The notes under the pieces are model-generated. The model did not search any database and had not been told where the DNA came from. It saw only the letters and a list, made by a program, of their open reading frames with translations. 32,000 bases of DNA. Origin: an uncultured archaeon. Lineage in GTDB: Archaea > Asgardarchaeota > Thorarchaeia > Thorarchaeales > Thorarchaeaceae. This document shows positions 17,894 through 26,416 of the stretch, one piece after another (positions within the stretch are counted from its first letter, which is position 1; each line of letters opens with the position of its first letter). Made by a program: the position numbers and the translations under genes. The stretch is taken from contig CAZYLT010000001.1 of assembly GCA_964648855.1 (NCBI GenBank), forward strand, positions 120,001-152,000, in the 5' to 3' direction.

Positions 17894-19867
17894 ATGACTT
17901 ACGCATGGGAGCCACCAATTAGCCGCCAAGAATCGAGCTCATCGTCAGGATTGAAATTAATCGCAGTGATTATCATCTTGCTAGTTATCATTGCTGGGGG
18001 TATCGTCGCCATTTTCAACATGGACATTCTTGATACTTCCGGTGAAACTAGTGATGTTAGGATTGCAGTTATCGACTCAGGGGTAAATGCTGATTTTACA
18101 CTTCAGAACCGAATAGTATCTGCAAGGTCATTCGTATCTCCGCTCTATGGTTACGATGAAACAGACACATCTACCTCAGATTCAAATCCCACCCAAGGGG
18201 GGCAATCGGTTCCGCATGGAACAATTGTTGCATCAACGGTGATTGAAAACAGTCCTAATGCAGTCATTGTGAATGCAAAAGTGGTTGCTTCGGATGGAAC
18301 AGCGACTTCCTTGGCACTAATTGCGGCGATATATTGGGCTGTGGAAGAAAACTGCTCGATTATCAATCTTAGCATTGGGTCCACTCCTGCGTACGGAGAC
18401 CCCATGAAAGAAGCGGTGGATTATGCATTCTCGAATGGGATTCTTGTTGTTGCGTCTGCTGGAAATGAGAATTCTGCAGGAGTTGCTGGAACAAGCATTT
18501 CTTCACCCAGTGTGTTTCCCAATGCGATTGCTGTGGCGGCATTAGACCAGGATGGTATGCCAGCGGATTACTCGAGTCGCGGCCCCACGGGTCAAAGATA
18601 CATGAAGCCTAACATTGCAGCCGCGGGTTACGCAGAAACATCTAGTGCCACATATTTTGGAACTAGCTTCGCAGCCCCGCGCGTAGCAGCGGCATGCGCA
18701 GAGCTCATTTCTTACTCCGAGCAAAACAACCTTCGATACACTCCAGGTTCCATTATGGCAGCCTTATTTGAAGGAGCAGACGCCTATGAAGCCCCTAGTT
18801 TTGTGATTGGGGCGGGGATTTTGAATCTAGAAGGTGCCAAGAATGTAATAGCTTCAGCCACTAAAATATCAGGCCTACCAGAGATTACTCATATCCACCC
18901 AGAAGCTCTTCCTCTTTCTTTTGAGCGGCTATTTCTTGGTGACTCCTATGGGTTCAATCTGTTAGTCTACAATTCAGAATCGTTAGATTATGATATTAGT
19001 GTCAATAGCGACAACGAGTCAATCTTTTCTCTAGAGTCCACCGTAAGAATAAATCAGACGGGAATGGTCCATTTTGAAGTGGATATTCCTGTTGAATCCA
19101 TAGGGATATCAGCCACCATAGAGTTTCATTCCGACGTTTCAAGTGCATCTCTGGGCATTCAGTTTGCACCAGAGGAACCCGATGCAAGAATCGCTTTCGA
19201 TATCAGCCATACTACCTGGGAAATGGATACAGTGTATGGACAATTTAAAGAGCTGTACATGGAATTGACTTCGAATCAGATATCTGTCACTGAAATTCGC
19301 AACAGCAGTCTGAACAATTATGACTATTTGAGTCAGTTTGATGCCGTCTTTCTTCTTGATCCCTGCGTATGGGATGTGAATTATACAAATCCCTCCAATC
19401 CGAACATATTCTCACTCCCCTATAATCCTGAAGAAATCGAGGCATATGAGCAGTACTACAAAGAGGGGGGAGGTCTATTTGTAACTGGGTTTGCCAACGG
19501 AAGCACTGATGTAGAGTCTCTGAATGCCTTTCTATCATGGTCAGGTTTCTCTATTGGATACGAATCCATCGTCGGAGGTGGCGACCCAGCCATTGTTACT
19601 AATACGAATGCACATCCAGTGACTTCAGGAGTTGCTTCATTCGCTTATTCGGGAGCTGCTGTGCAATTCAATTCCAGTGCGCAATCATTGGCTGACTACG
19701 GAGCACACTCTCTCATTGGTGCTATGGAACGTACCGGAGGGGGAAGAATCATTGTTACAGGAACTAACTACTTCGTAGACAATTGGGCATTGACTGGAAA
19801 CTATGGCTCATCATCAGACGACATACTATCACTCAAAATAGCCCTCTGGTTGACGGGCATCTTGTAG
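17894..19867 (+). CDS. Membrane-anchored S8 (subtilisin-like) serine peptidase with C-terminal GATase-like domain
   Basis: N-terminal TM helix. Triad IDSG / HGT / GTSFAAP and oxyanion SAGN. C-terminal RIAFDISH...GGGLF...GGRIIV domain. ATG 17894 preceded by AGGAG. Confidence 0.92.
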   Translation: MTYAWEPPISRQESSSSSGLKLIAVIIILLVIIAGGIVAIFNMDILDTSGETSDVRIAVIDSGVNADFTLQNRIVSARSFVSPLYGYDETDTSTSDSNPTQGGQSVPHGTIVASTVIENSPNAVIVNAKVVASDGTATSLALIAAIYWAVEENCSIINLSIGSTPAYGDPMKEAVDYAFSNGILVVASAGNENSAGVAGTSISSPSVFPNAIAVAALDQDGMPADYSSRGPTGQRYMKPNIAAAGYAETSSATYFGTSFAAPRVAAACAELISYSEQNNLRYTPGSIMAALFEGADAYEAPSFVIGAGILNLEGAKNVIASATKISGLPEITHIHPEALPLSFERLFLGDSYGFNLLVYNSESLDYDISVNSDNESIFSLESTVRINQTGMVHFEVDIPVESIGISATIEFHSDVSSASLGIQFAPEEPDARIAFDISHTTWEMDTVYGQFKELYMELTSNQISVTEIRNSSLNNYDYLSQFDAVFLLDPCVWDVNYTNPSNPNIFSLPYNPEEIEAYEQYYKEGGGLFVTGFANGSTDVESLNAFLSWSGFSIGYESIVGGGDPAIVTNTNAHPVTSGVASFAYSGAAVQFNSSAQSLADYGAHSLIGAMERTGGGRIIVTGTNYFVDNWALTGNYGSSSDDILSLKIALWLTGIL

Positions 19868-19967
19868 AAATTAACTCAAAGTGTACCCAAGCACACCTTG
19901 ATTGCTTAGTATCGGAGGTTTAAAAGGGAGGATTTCCATAATCCTCATACCAAAAAAACCGAGTCGA

Positions 19968-20030
19968 AGTCGGATATGCTGGTGGCAGGATGTATTTCCA
20001 GTCATCAGCTTTCCGCACTATTTTCTTTTG
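19968..20030 (+). terminator. Long imperfect hairpin plus T-tract between convergent genes
   Basis: CGGA..GCTGGTGGC.GGA-loop-TCC.GTCATCAGC..TCCG followed by ATTTTCTTTT. Confidence 0.4.
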
Positions 20031-20101
20031 ATGTACCAACCTTATCACATCTACGCCAAAATTTTATGACAATAGCTGAATAACTAGCATGAAACGAGAT
20101 A

Positions 20102-21046
20102 TTATGTTTTTGCTATCTTATCAAAGACCAAATTTGCTAGGAGCACTTCAGTTCCCGCAAGCCCTACTGAACAGAATAGGGTTATATCGTTATCATTTTC
20201 CCGTCCAGATTCTTTGCCGGCAACTATGTCGCCAAGCTCGACCATTCTATTTCTGTGTTTAGTTGACGCAAGAAAATACGGCCGGGTAGGCGTTCCAGTT
20301 GTATCGACTTGAGCCACAGAATCTGTTGCGATGGTGTCACTTCGGTCGGCCACCTCCATTTCAATTTCACTCCTACCTACCAAGTTCTGTGCCATAGTTG
20401 TTACATGCATTCCTTCTTGAAGATGTTCTGAGTCGAATACAGGGGTCGTGCTTCTTGTTGAGCAGATGACAATATCCGATTGGGATACTGCCAGTTCGTT
20501 CGATTCAACGGCATCTATTCGTAAATCGAGTTTCCTGCTCAATTCTTTAGCAAATTTCTCTCTGTGTTTGCGAGTTGGGCTATACACCTTAGCATATTCT
20601 AAATCGCGAACAACCGATGCCGCCACTAGTTGAGCACGAGCCTGAGTACCAGATCCGATAATTCCCACAACCTTTGAGTCAGCTCTTGATAGGTACTTTA
20701 TTGCCACTCCCCCTATTGCTCCTGTTCTGATTATTCCCAATCTGAATCCAAGTGCTAAACCTTTGAATTCGCCAGTAGAACTGTCAAAGACAGCAACTAG
20801 TTGTGTGTGATTCGATGATTCCTTGGGATATGTTTCATATACTCTAAAGCCCACGCCCTCTCCTTCGCCCGAAGCTCCCCCAGCGGTGAAAACTAATGAA
20901 CCATTTTCGACATCAACAGTGAATCGGGGAGGGGCAATCAGATTTCCGCTGACATATTGTTTGAACCCTGTTTCTATTCTATCTATGGCTGTTTCCATGC
21001 TTAATGTTTGGTCAATTTCGTCATCGGTAAGAATGGGATACTTCAT
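20102..21046 (-). CDS. Ornithine cyclodeaminase/mu-crystallin family protein (imine reductase-like)
   Basis: APPR, IRTGAIG, GIIGSGTQA, YSPT, DIVICST, ITLFCSVGLAGTE. Confidence 0.93.
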   Translation of the reverse strand: MKYPILTDDEIDQTLSMETAIDRIETGFKQYVSGNLIAPPRFTVDVENGSLVFTAGGASGEGEGVGFRVYETYPKESSNHTQLVAVFDSSTGEFKGLALGFRLGIIRTGAIGGVAIKYLSRADSKVVGIIGSGTQARAQLVAASVVRDLEYAKVYSPTRKHREKFAKELSRKLDLRIDAVESNELAVSQSDIVICSTRSTTPVFDSEHLQEGMHVTTMAQNLVGRSEIEMEVADRSDTIATDSVAQVDTTGTPTRPYFLASTKHRNRMVELGDIVAGKESGRENDNDITLFCSVGLAGTEVLLANLVFDKIAKT

Positions 21047-21081
21047 CACTATGGTCTCTTTCGTTTTGCTCTGGGCAAGTG

Positions 21082-22206
21082 CTAAGCGAGACGCCCCATA
21101 AGTCTGTCTATGTCTTCCAAGGTGTTATAGAAATGCGGCGAAATTCTAAGACGTCCATTTCTTATTGAACAGAAGACCCGTTCTTTCTTGAGCCGTGCTT
21201 CTAACCCCTCTAAGTTGTTGGGAACACAAGAAACTATGGGGGAATTATGTGCATCTCCGAATTCATAGAAATCAATATCCAATTCCATAAGGCGTTCCTT
21301 GACGTATGAAGCATTCTTCATCGCTCTCTTTTCAATGGAGGAGATTTCGAATTCATCAATAATGCTTAATGCCTTTAAGAAGCCCGCATAAGCCACAATG
21401 GGAACGGAGCCCCCTTCAAATTTCGCTGCATCGTCCGAAAGTTCGCGCTGGAAATATTCAAAATTCCGATGGTTCTTAATACTCCTCCAACCTGGTGCAA
21501 TAGGATTCAAATCAGGCAAAATCTCTTTCTTTACATATGCGTATCCAGCCCCAATGGGCCCCGCAATCCATTTTGTTGCCTGTCCTGCAGCAAAATCAAC
21601 ACCCATTTTTTCCAGGTTGAAATCTTTCCATCCCGCAGACTGGATGACATCTACAACTAGATATCCTCCCTCACCATGGATAATACTTGCAAGTTCTCGC
21701 AAATCGGCTCGAAATCCTGTACCAAATTGGACATGGCTAATAGCAACTATTCGAGTATTAGAATCAATCTTCTGCTCAAATGCATCAGAATACGCAGCTC
21801 CTTCTTCAGACCTGACAATTCTGAGCTCCACCCCATATCTCTTGCTGATATTCTGCCAAGGTATGTAATTCGATGGAAATTCCAAATCGGAAATTACAAT
21901 ATTGGAATTCTGCGAATACTCTATCGCGTGTCCAAAGAAATTCAGACCTAATGATGTGCTGGGAACGAAAGCATATTGTCCGGGGTCTCCTCCGAGAAGG
22001 GAAGACAATTTTGCCTTGATATTCGTATAGAGTGATGCAGTATTCTCACTCTGCCATTCTCCATTGCTTCTCATTGTTGCTAACTCAGTAACTGAATCAA
22101 TGACTGGATCTGACAGCAATCCGGTTGAGGCTGTATTCAGGTATGTTATGTTCTTCAAATTAGGCCAGTATCTGTAGATTTCGCTAGTGAGGATTCGTTG
22201 TGTCAT
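21082..22206 (-). CDS. Class V-fold PLP-dependent enzyme (cysteine desulfurase-like)
   Basis: YLNTASTG, EFPSN, SHVQFGTG, DVIQSAG, TKWIAGPIG (PLP Lys), FEGG, RISPHFYNT. Confidence 0.92.
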   Translation of the reverse strand: MTQRILTSEIYRYWPNLKNITYLNTASTGLLSDPVIDSVTELATMRSNGEWQSENTASLYTNIKAKLSSLLGGDPGQYAFVPSTSLGLNFFGHAIEYSQNSNIVISDLEFPSNYIPWQNISKRYGVELRIVRSEEGAAYSDAFEQKIDSNTRIVAISHVQFGTGFRADLRELASIIHGEGGYLVVDVIQSAGWKDFNLEKMGVDFAAGQATKWIAGPIGAGYAYVKKEILPDLNPIAPGWRSIKNHRNFEYFQRELSDDAAKFEGGSVPIVAYAGFLKALSIIDEFEISSIEKRAMKNASYVKERLMELDIDFYEFGDAHNSPIVSCVPNNLEGLEARLKKERVFCSIRNGRLRISPHFYNTLEDIDRLMGRLA

Positions 22207-22289
22207 GAGTAGATGGGGCAATAAAACAGGAATATATCTGTTCGTTTAGCTACACCGTTCAATGAGGGACTAGCAGAGAGATTAATCAA

Positions 22290-22745
22290 TTAGATGGGGA
22301 CACGACAGCTTTCTTTTATCACTTCAGCTATTATGTGAGTACTGGTTCTCTGAACACCATCTAGGTTCATTACTCTTCTAACAATCTTATTGAAGTCATC
22401 TTGGGTTTCTGCACGGATAAAGGCCAAGTAATCGATTTCTCCATAGGCCCAGTAGACTCTTCTTACTCCCCGAATCTCAGCGATTTGTACACCAAGGTCC
22501 TCGAATCGGGGGCCATGTTCCACGAAAATATGGAGAAACCCGCTAAAAATCAACCCCGTTTTCTCAGGGTCAACCAATGCAGAATAGCCTCTGATGACAC
22601 CCCCTTTTTCTAAACGTTTTACACGATAATGTAATGTTGATATGGGTGTATTCAACCGATCGGCTATCTCTTGGAGGTTTCGGCAATCGCCCTGGAGTGC
22701 ACGGATTAGTTTCCTATCCAAATCATCTAACGAATGCAATTTCAT
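22290..22745 (-). CDS. Lrp/AsnC family transcriptional regulator
   Basis: LDDLDRKLIRALQGD, HTH (IADRLNTPISTLHYRVKRLEKGGVIRGY), RAM domain with GEIDY and GVQRTST. Confidence 0.95.
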   Translation of the reverse strand: MKLHSLDDLDRKLIRALQGDCRNLQEIADRLNTPISTLHYRVKRLEKGGVIRGYSALVDPEKTGLIFSGFLHIFVEHGPRFEDLGVQIAEIRGVRRVYWAYGEIDYLAFIRAETQDDFNKIVRRVMNLDGVQRTSTHIIAEVIKESCRVPI

Positions 22746-22857
22746 CCCTCAAAACCTTATCCCTGCATTGAATAAACAGCAGAGACTGAGCGGTGACAGT
22801 AAAGACACCTATCTCAGTCTACTGATTATAGATAACTTAAACGTTTTCTCTATAGGT

Positions 22858-24195
22858 TTATGTCATATTTTTGGAAATACGTTCCATGTCCACCTCTTCG
22901 ATATTATCAATGGAATGGACTAATGACTCGACAGTTTCAGATGACATATACTTGCTTGCAGATTTTCGAATGTTATTTCTCACCTGCTCCGACGATAAAG
23001 TGGGGAATTCTTGACCACTTATGGTGTAAACCTTGCCATCATCTGTTCGGATTACCACTCTGTTATAGAATCCCTCCGCGTCCTCGTTGGTGTTGATTTC
23101 AACCTTTTTAGATAGCTCGGAAACCTCTTCATCACCGAAATTGTTAGCAGTCACAGCTGAAACTTCTTTGTATTTCAGTGCAATTCCAACAGCGCATGGA
23201 AGTGATTTGAAGGCCTGGGTTTTGTTCACATATGGACCTTCATCAAGAATTGAGGACTTCAATGGCCCTTGAGTTACTCTAGGTCCCGCCATTATTTGAA
23301 TACGTTCTATTTCCTGATATTGAATGTCATTATGGTCAATCAGCATCAAGACGTTATGAATAACGGGTAGAATGGTAGTAATGACACTATATGGTTTCAT
23401 AACCATTTTCAATATTGAGAATTCGTTTCCTAGGTCCGTTGTTATAGGCGATAGATCATCTGGGGCTTCACCGCAATATGCCTTGAAAAAACCACGGTCA
23501 CCTTCGAAGGTATCGGATGCACCGCTTATTGACCTACTAGCTAACTGTGCAGATAGAACACCATTACTAGCAGCGAGTCCACTTGCGTATAGCCATTCAT
23601 CAGTACCAGATAACCAACATTGCATTAGGCCTGAAGATGTATTTGCCGCCATGGCTAAAGCATTCTTAGTTTCTTCTAGTGAAAGACGCAGGATTTTGGC
23701 TGCAGTTGCAGCAACACCAATTACGCCGAATATAGTGGTTCCTCGCCAACCGCGGGGGCTTGTATAGCTCGCACAGAGTTCTCCTAAACGTATGTTGATC
23801 TCGTATCCGGCAACTATTGCAGTCAATATTTCCTTGCCAGACCGAGGGAAGTTTTCTGCAAGAGCAAATGCTGCAGGAATTGTGTGTGGTCCAGGATGCA
23901 GTCCTCGATATGTGTCCTCTTGCTGAATGCTGTGCATTAAAACGGCATTGGAAAAAGTAGCCTTTCTAATAGGGTACTTCTTTTTCAGCCCAAGAACAGT
24001 GGACTTGGCGCCGGACAGTTCCTCCTCGTCCAGTAGAGACAATGCCACCTTCGCTTCTGATTCCTCAACTCCACTATAGCCAGTATGCAAATGATGCAGA
24101 ATTAGGTCCTTTGCCATCTTTATAACTTCACTATCAAGGTCAGAGTAGGAGAGATTGTGCACGAAATTTGCCATTAGTTCAATCAAATCATTCAC
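22858..24195 (-). CDS. MmgE/PrpD family protein
   Basis: NAVLMH...D, LHPG...IPAAFALAE, AIVAGYE, FEGDRGF, KPYS. Confidence 0.9.
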   Translation of the reverse strand: MNDLIELMANFVHNLSYSDLDSEVIKMAKDLILHHLHTGYSGVEESEAKVALSLLDEEELSGAKSTVLGLKKKYPIRKATFSNAVLMHSIQQEDTYRGLHPGPHTIPAAFALAENFPRSGKEILTAIVAGYEINIRLGELCASYTSPRGWRGTTIFGVIGVAATAAKILRLSLEETKNALAMAANTSSGLMQCWLSGTDEWLYASGLAASNGVLSAQLASRSISGASDTFEGDRGFFKAYCGEAPDDLSPITTDLGNEFSILKMVMKPYSVITTILPVIHNVLMLIDHNDIQYQEIERIQIMAGPRVTQGPLKSSILDEGPYVNKTQAFKSLPCAVGIALKYKEVSAVTANNFGDEEVSELSKKVEINTNEDAEGFYNRVVIRTDDGKVYTISGQEFPTLSSEQVRNNIRKSASKYMSSETVESLVHSIDNIEEVDMERISKNMT

Positions 24196-24215
24196 TTTTT
24201 GTTTTCTCCTTATTC

Positions 24216-24998
24216 TTACACGATGTTCATGCCACTTTTTGTTGTAAGCGCCCTAATGAGTGATCCATAGAGTGACACCAAGGTGTATTCTCCTGTTACT
24301 CCTTTGATTGCTGAAGACCTTTTGATTTCCAATCTGGTTCCACCGCCAGTAGCAACAACGTGTTGAAGGGCGTCATCGTTTTCAGGGTCAGATATTAGAA
24401 TAGATGTTGTTCTATCGAATCCGATTCCACTGAGGGCGACGACAGCATGAGCATTCACGTTTCTTGGATATTTCGAGCAAATTCCTCGTGTAGGACCTTC
24501 ATAGAGGGTAGTTTTCTCAGTGATGTCTTCTCCATCATAATCATCTGTAAAACTAAAGTCGATATTTTTGGGATTTTTAGTCGTGATCACCTTCACTTCA
24601 GATAACGTATCTCTCGCATCATAAATACCATCCATGCCAAGTAGAGCACCATGAGGAATCAAGAGCCGAGTGTCATTCTGTGAGCAGACCCTGTCCAACT
24701 TAGAGCTTAATTCTTTCTCAGCTAGCGCAGTGACTGATAGGATGAGCATATCTGTTTTCTCTAGAATAATGGGTGCATATTCCTTGACCACGCGGAAGTC
24801 TGCAGCCTCCACAACCAGATCAACATCCTGTGAGGTGATCTCATCCGAAGATGCCAGAATTTTTGACGGTGCCAAATCCTTTGTCTTATCCTCAACTGGG
24901 TCGTAGACGAATGAAACATCCAATTCGTTGTTCTCGCTTATTCTATCGTATAGGTAGGATCCAATCCTACCAAATCCAACTATTCCAATTTTGTACAT
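24216..24998 (-). CDS. L-aspartate dehydrogenase (NadX)-like protein
   Basis: IGIVGFGRIG, DLVVEAA, LSVTAL, GALLGMD, TKNP, YPRNVN, SDP...QH. Confidence 0.88.
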   Translation of the reverse strand: MYKIGIVGFGRIGSYLYDRISENNELDVSFVYDPVEDKTKDLAPSKILASSDEITSQDVDLVVEAADFRVVKEYAPIILEKTDMLILSVTALAEKELSSKLDRVCSQNDTRLLIPHGALLGMDGIYDARDTLSEVKVITTKNPKNIDFSFTDDYDGEDITEKTTLYEGPTRGICSKYPRNVNAHAVVALSGIGFDRTTSILISDPENDDALQHVVATGGGTRLEIKRSSAIKGVTGEYTLVSLYGSLIRALTTKSGMNIV

Positions 24999-25013
24999 TT
25001 CGTAATCACTTTC

Positions 25014-26312
25014 TCATTTGTTTATAGTGCTAGTTTTTTTGAGAGCTTCCTCTAATCTCTTCATGAAAACATCCACAATAGGTTCAGTAGATATTAGAGG
25101 AGGACACAAGCGCAAGACATTCTGATACGCTCCTGCGGGAAAGACCAGCACCCCTGCTCTCAACAAGTGGTCTATGACCTTCTTTGTCCTGGCTGGTGCT
25201 GGTGATTTGTCTGGTTCCACTATTTCGACGCCAATTAGTAGACCCCTTCCCCGTACGTCTCCAATTAACGGGTCATCGGTCTTGATCTCATTCAATCGCT
25301 CAAGTAGATACCTGCCCACCTTTTGAGCTTGCATCAGTGTATCCTTCCTTTGAAGAATCTCGAAACTCGCTAGGCCCGCAGCACAACTAATTGGACTACC
25401 TGAGAAGGTGCCTCCACCGGAAAAACCAGACATGATTTCCTTATTTGCTACGATTGCTGCAAGTGGAAGTCCATTGGCGATTGATTTGGCGAAGTAGACG
25501 ACATTTACGTCTATGTCATAATAATCGATTGCAAACATATTGCCACTGCGGCCAAAACCCGTGGTGACTTCATCAACTACTAGTTGGATTCCTTCACGTT
25601 TGCAAATCTTGTGTAATCGTGATAGATACTTGCTAGGCATTGGAATAATACCCCCGTGCACTTGAATTAGCTCAATGAAAAAGGCGGCAGTTTCTTCGGG
25701 GGGAATTACATTTGTTTCAAATTGATATTCCAGAAAATCAAGACAGGCTATATCGCAAACACTGGGGTCTTGACCAAATGGGCATCTATAACAATAGGGA
25801 AATGGCTGATACATGATACCAGGCATTTGTGGATAACTGCCTGTGTGGGCGCTGGTGTTCATGGCAAGTGCATCAGTTGAAATGGAACCGTGATAACAGC
25901 CAAAGTGACAAAGTAACATGTGTCTTTCAGTTCGTTCCTTGGTAAGACTCATCACGAGTTCAGTTGCGTCAGATCCCGAAATGCAAAAACCGATTTGTGG
26001 ATTTTCAATCTTGCCCGTGAGATGTTGTAATAGCTTTTCTGCAAGTTTAGTACGAGTCGCATTTCGCATCCAACCATGTGAACAGAAGCCAGTGAGTTCA
26101 ATCTGTTCATTGACAGCCCGTCTAATTTCAGGATGATTATGTCCAAGGTTACATGTTTGACCACCGGATGTGAAGTCAACATACCGTGTTCCATCCACCG
26201 CGGTGACATAAACTCCTTGGCTATTGGATAGAACAACAGAAGGAAACCGATAGTTTTTCTTAATCACGGTTTCATCTTTTTCCATCCAGTATTCTTGGTC
26301 ATGTTTGGACAT
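25014..26312 (-). CDS. Class III PLP-dependent aminotransferase/racemase family protein
   Basis: YVDFTSG, NLGHNHP, SGSDA, YHG, FPYCYRCP, DEVTTGFGRSG, AKSIANG, GTFSG, RGRGL, VLRLCPPL. Confidence 0.93.
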   Translation of the reverse strand: MSKHDQEYWMEKDETVIKKNYRFPSVVLSNSQGVYVTAVDGTRYVDFTSGGQTCNLGHNHPEIRRAVNEQIELTGFCSHGWMRNATRTKLAEKLLQHLTGKIENPQIGFCISGSDATELVMSLTKERTERHMLLCHFGCYHGSISTDALAMNTSAHTGSYPQMPGIMYQPFPYCYRCPFGQDPSVCDIACLDFLEYQFETNVIPPEETAAFFIELIQVHGGIIPMPSKYLSRLHKICKREGIQLVVDEVTTGFGRSGNMFAIDYYDIDVNVVYFAKSIANGLPLAAIVANKEIMSGFSGGGTFSGSPISCAAGLASFEILQRKDTLMQAQKVGRYLLERLNEIKTDDPLIGDVRGRGLLIGVEIVEPDKSPAPARTKKVIDHLLRAGVLVFPAGAYQNVLRLCPPLISTEPIVDVFMKRLEEALKKTSTINK

Positions 26313-26351
26313 TTGGCTAACCTGCTGAACTTGATTATGACTTTTGAAAGT

Positions 26352-26398
26352 AAAGAAAAGGGGGTTCCTCCCACGGGAGAAAAAGTCCCGCAGGAGGA
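26352..26398 (-). terminator. Strong hairpin plus T-tract after the substrate-binding protein gene
   Basis: Minus strand reads TCCTCCTGCGGGA-CTTTTTC-TCCCGTGGGAGGA (13 bp including G-U pairs), then a C run and TTTTCTTT. Confidence 0.6.
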
Positions 26399-26416
26399 TT
26401 AGAGAAAGGAGGGAAT

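Noticed and set aside
19968-20019. Hairpin as a SECIS element (minus strand contains ATGA)
   Set aside because: There is no opposing GA for the kink-turn core, and neither flanking gene has an in-frame TGA.
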